Positions 63,701 to 64,000 of a stretch of 64,000 nt of DNA are shown in pieces. The position numbers and the translations under genes are program-made. Location of the stretch: NCBI RefSeq assembly GCF_022539665.2, contig NC_081331.1, forward strand, positions 13,020,001 to 13,084,000, given 5' to 3'. Position 1 is the first letter of the stretch. The number at the start of each line of letters is the position of its first letter. This DNA comes from Daphnia carinata (Eukaryota). The notes under the pieces are model-generated. The model searched no databases. It worked only from the letters and a program-made list of their open reading frames with translations, and was not told the origin of the DNA.

Positions 63701-64000
63701 CAAAGAAACTAAACGAGGAGTATATAATAAGATGTCGTGAACATCGTGACGACCTTTAGTTGGATAGATTGCATACCGTTCATTATAATCGTGGCAGTAG
63801 GATACAATGTCAACATACCTAACAAGCGAAAAATACTGAGAACTCTCTTGTTGCATTTTTTTATCGAGCTCTGCCTTTTCGACATCCATCTGACGAAAAC
63901 AAACATTAGCGCACTAGAAAGTCCAGCTGCCGACCGTTGCCCACTATCATGTCGATTGTAATCCATCATCGGCGGCCAGTCGAGCATATGATAAATAAGA

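Overview
Eukaryotic arthropod DNA, most likely a Daphnia-type crustacean (inferred from ~55-80 nt GT-AG introns, AT-rich homopolymer-laden intergenic DNA and arthropod-like proteins). Genes spliced by hand: (1) a 15-exon vesicular monoamine transporter (+, 1594-5974, 499 aa); (2) a head-to-head collagen IV pair, alpha1 (-, 8739-27425, with a 10.7 kb intron) and alpha2 (+, 28387-36179), start codons <1 kb apart; (3) ERp44 (-, 40307-41904, 421 aa, CRFS and KDEL); (4) an unrecognised 3-exon gene for a 76-aa Cys/Gly/Ala-rich hydrophobic microprotein starting MGCLC (-, 42605-43019). Non-coding structure: a ~2.3 kb modular palindromic repeat array (37.2-39.5 kb), a triplicated ~50 bp unit carrying CTCF-consensus cores (39.63-39.81 kb), two diverged inverted copies of an unclassified element (43.4-46.3 kb), and ~17 kb without recognisable coding exons ending in probable 5' exons of a downstream + strand gene. 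The best novelty candidates are the microprotein gene (with a 16-nt miR-317-complementary site in its inferred leader), the CTCF-like cluster and the repeat architectures. Exon coordinates were read by eye; no searches were run.
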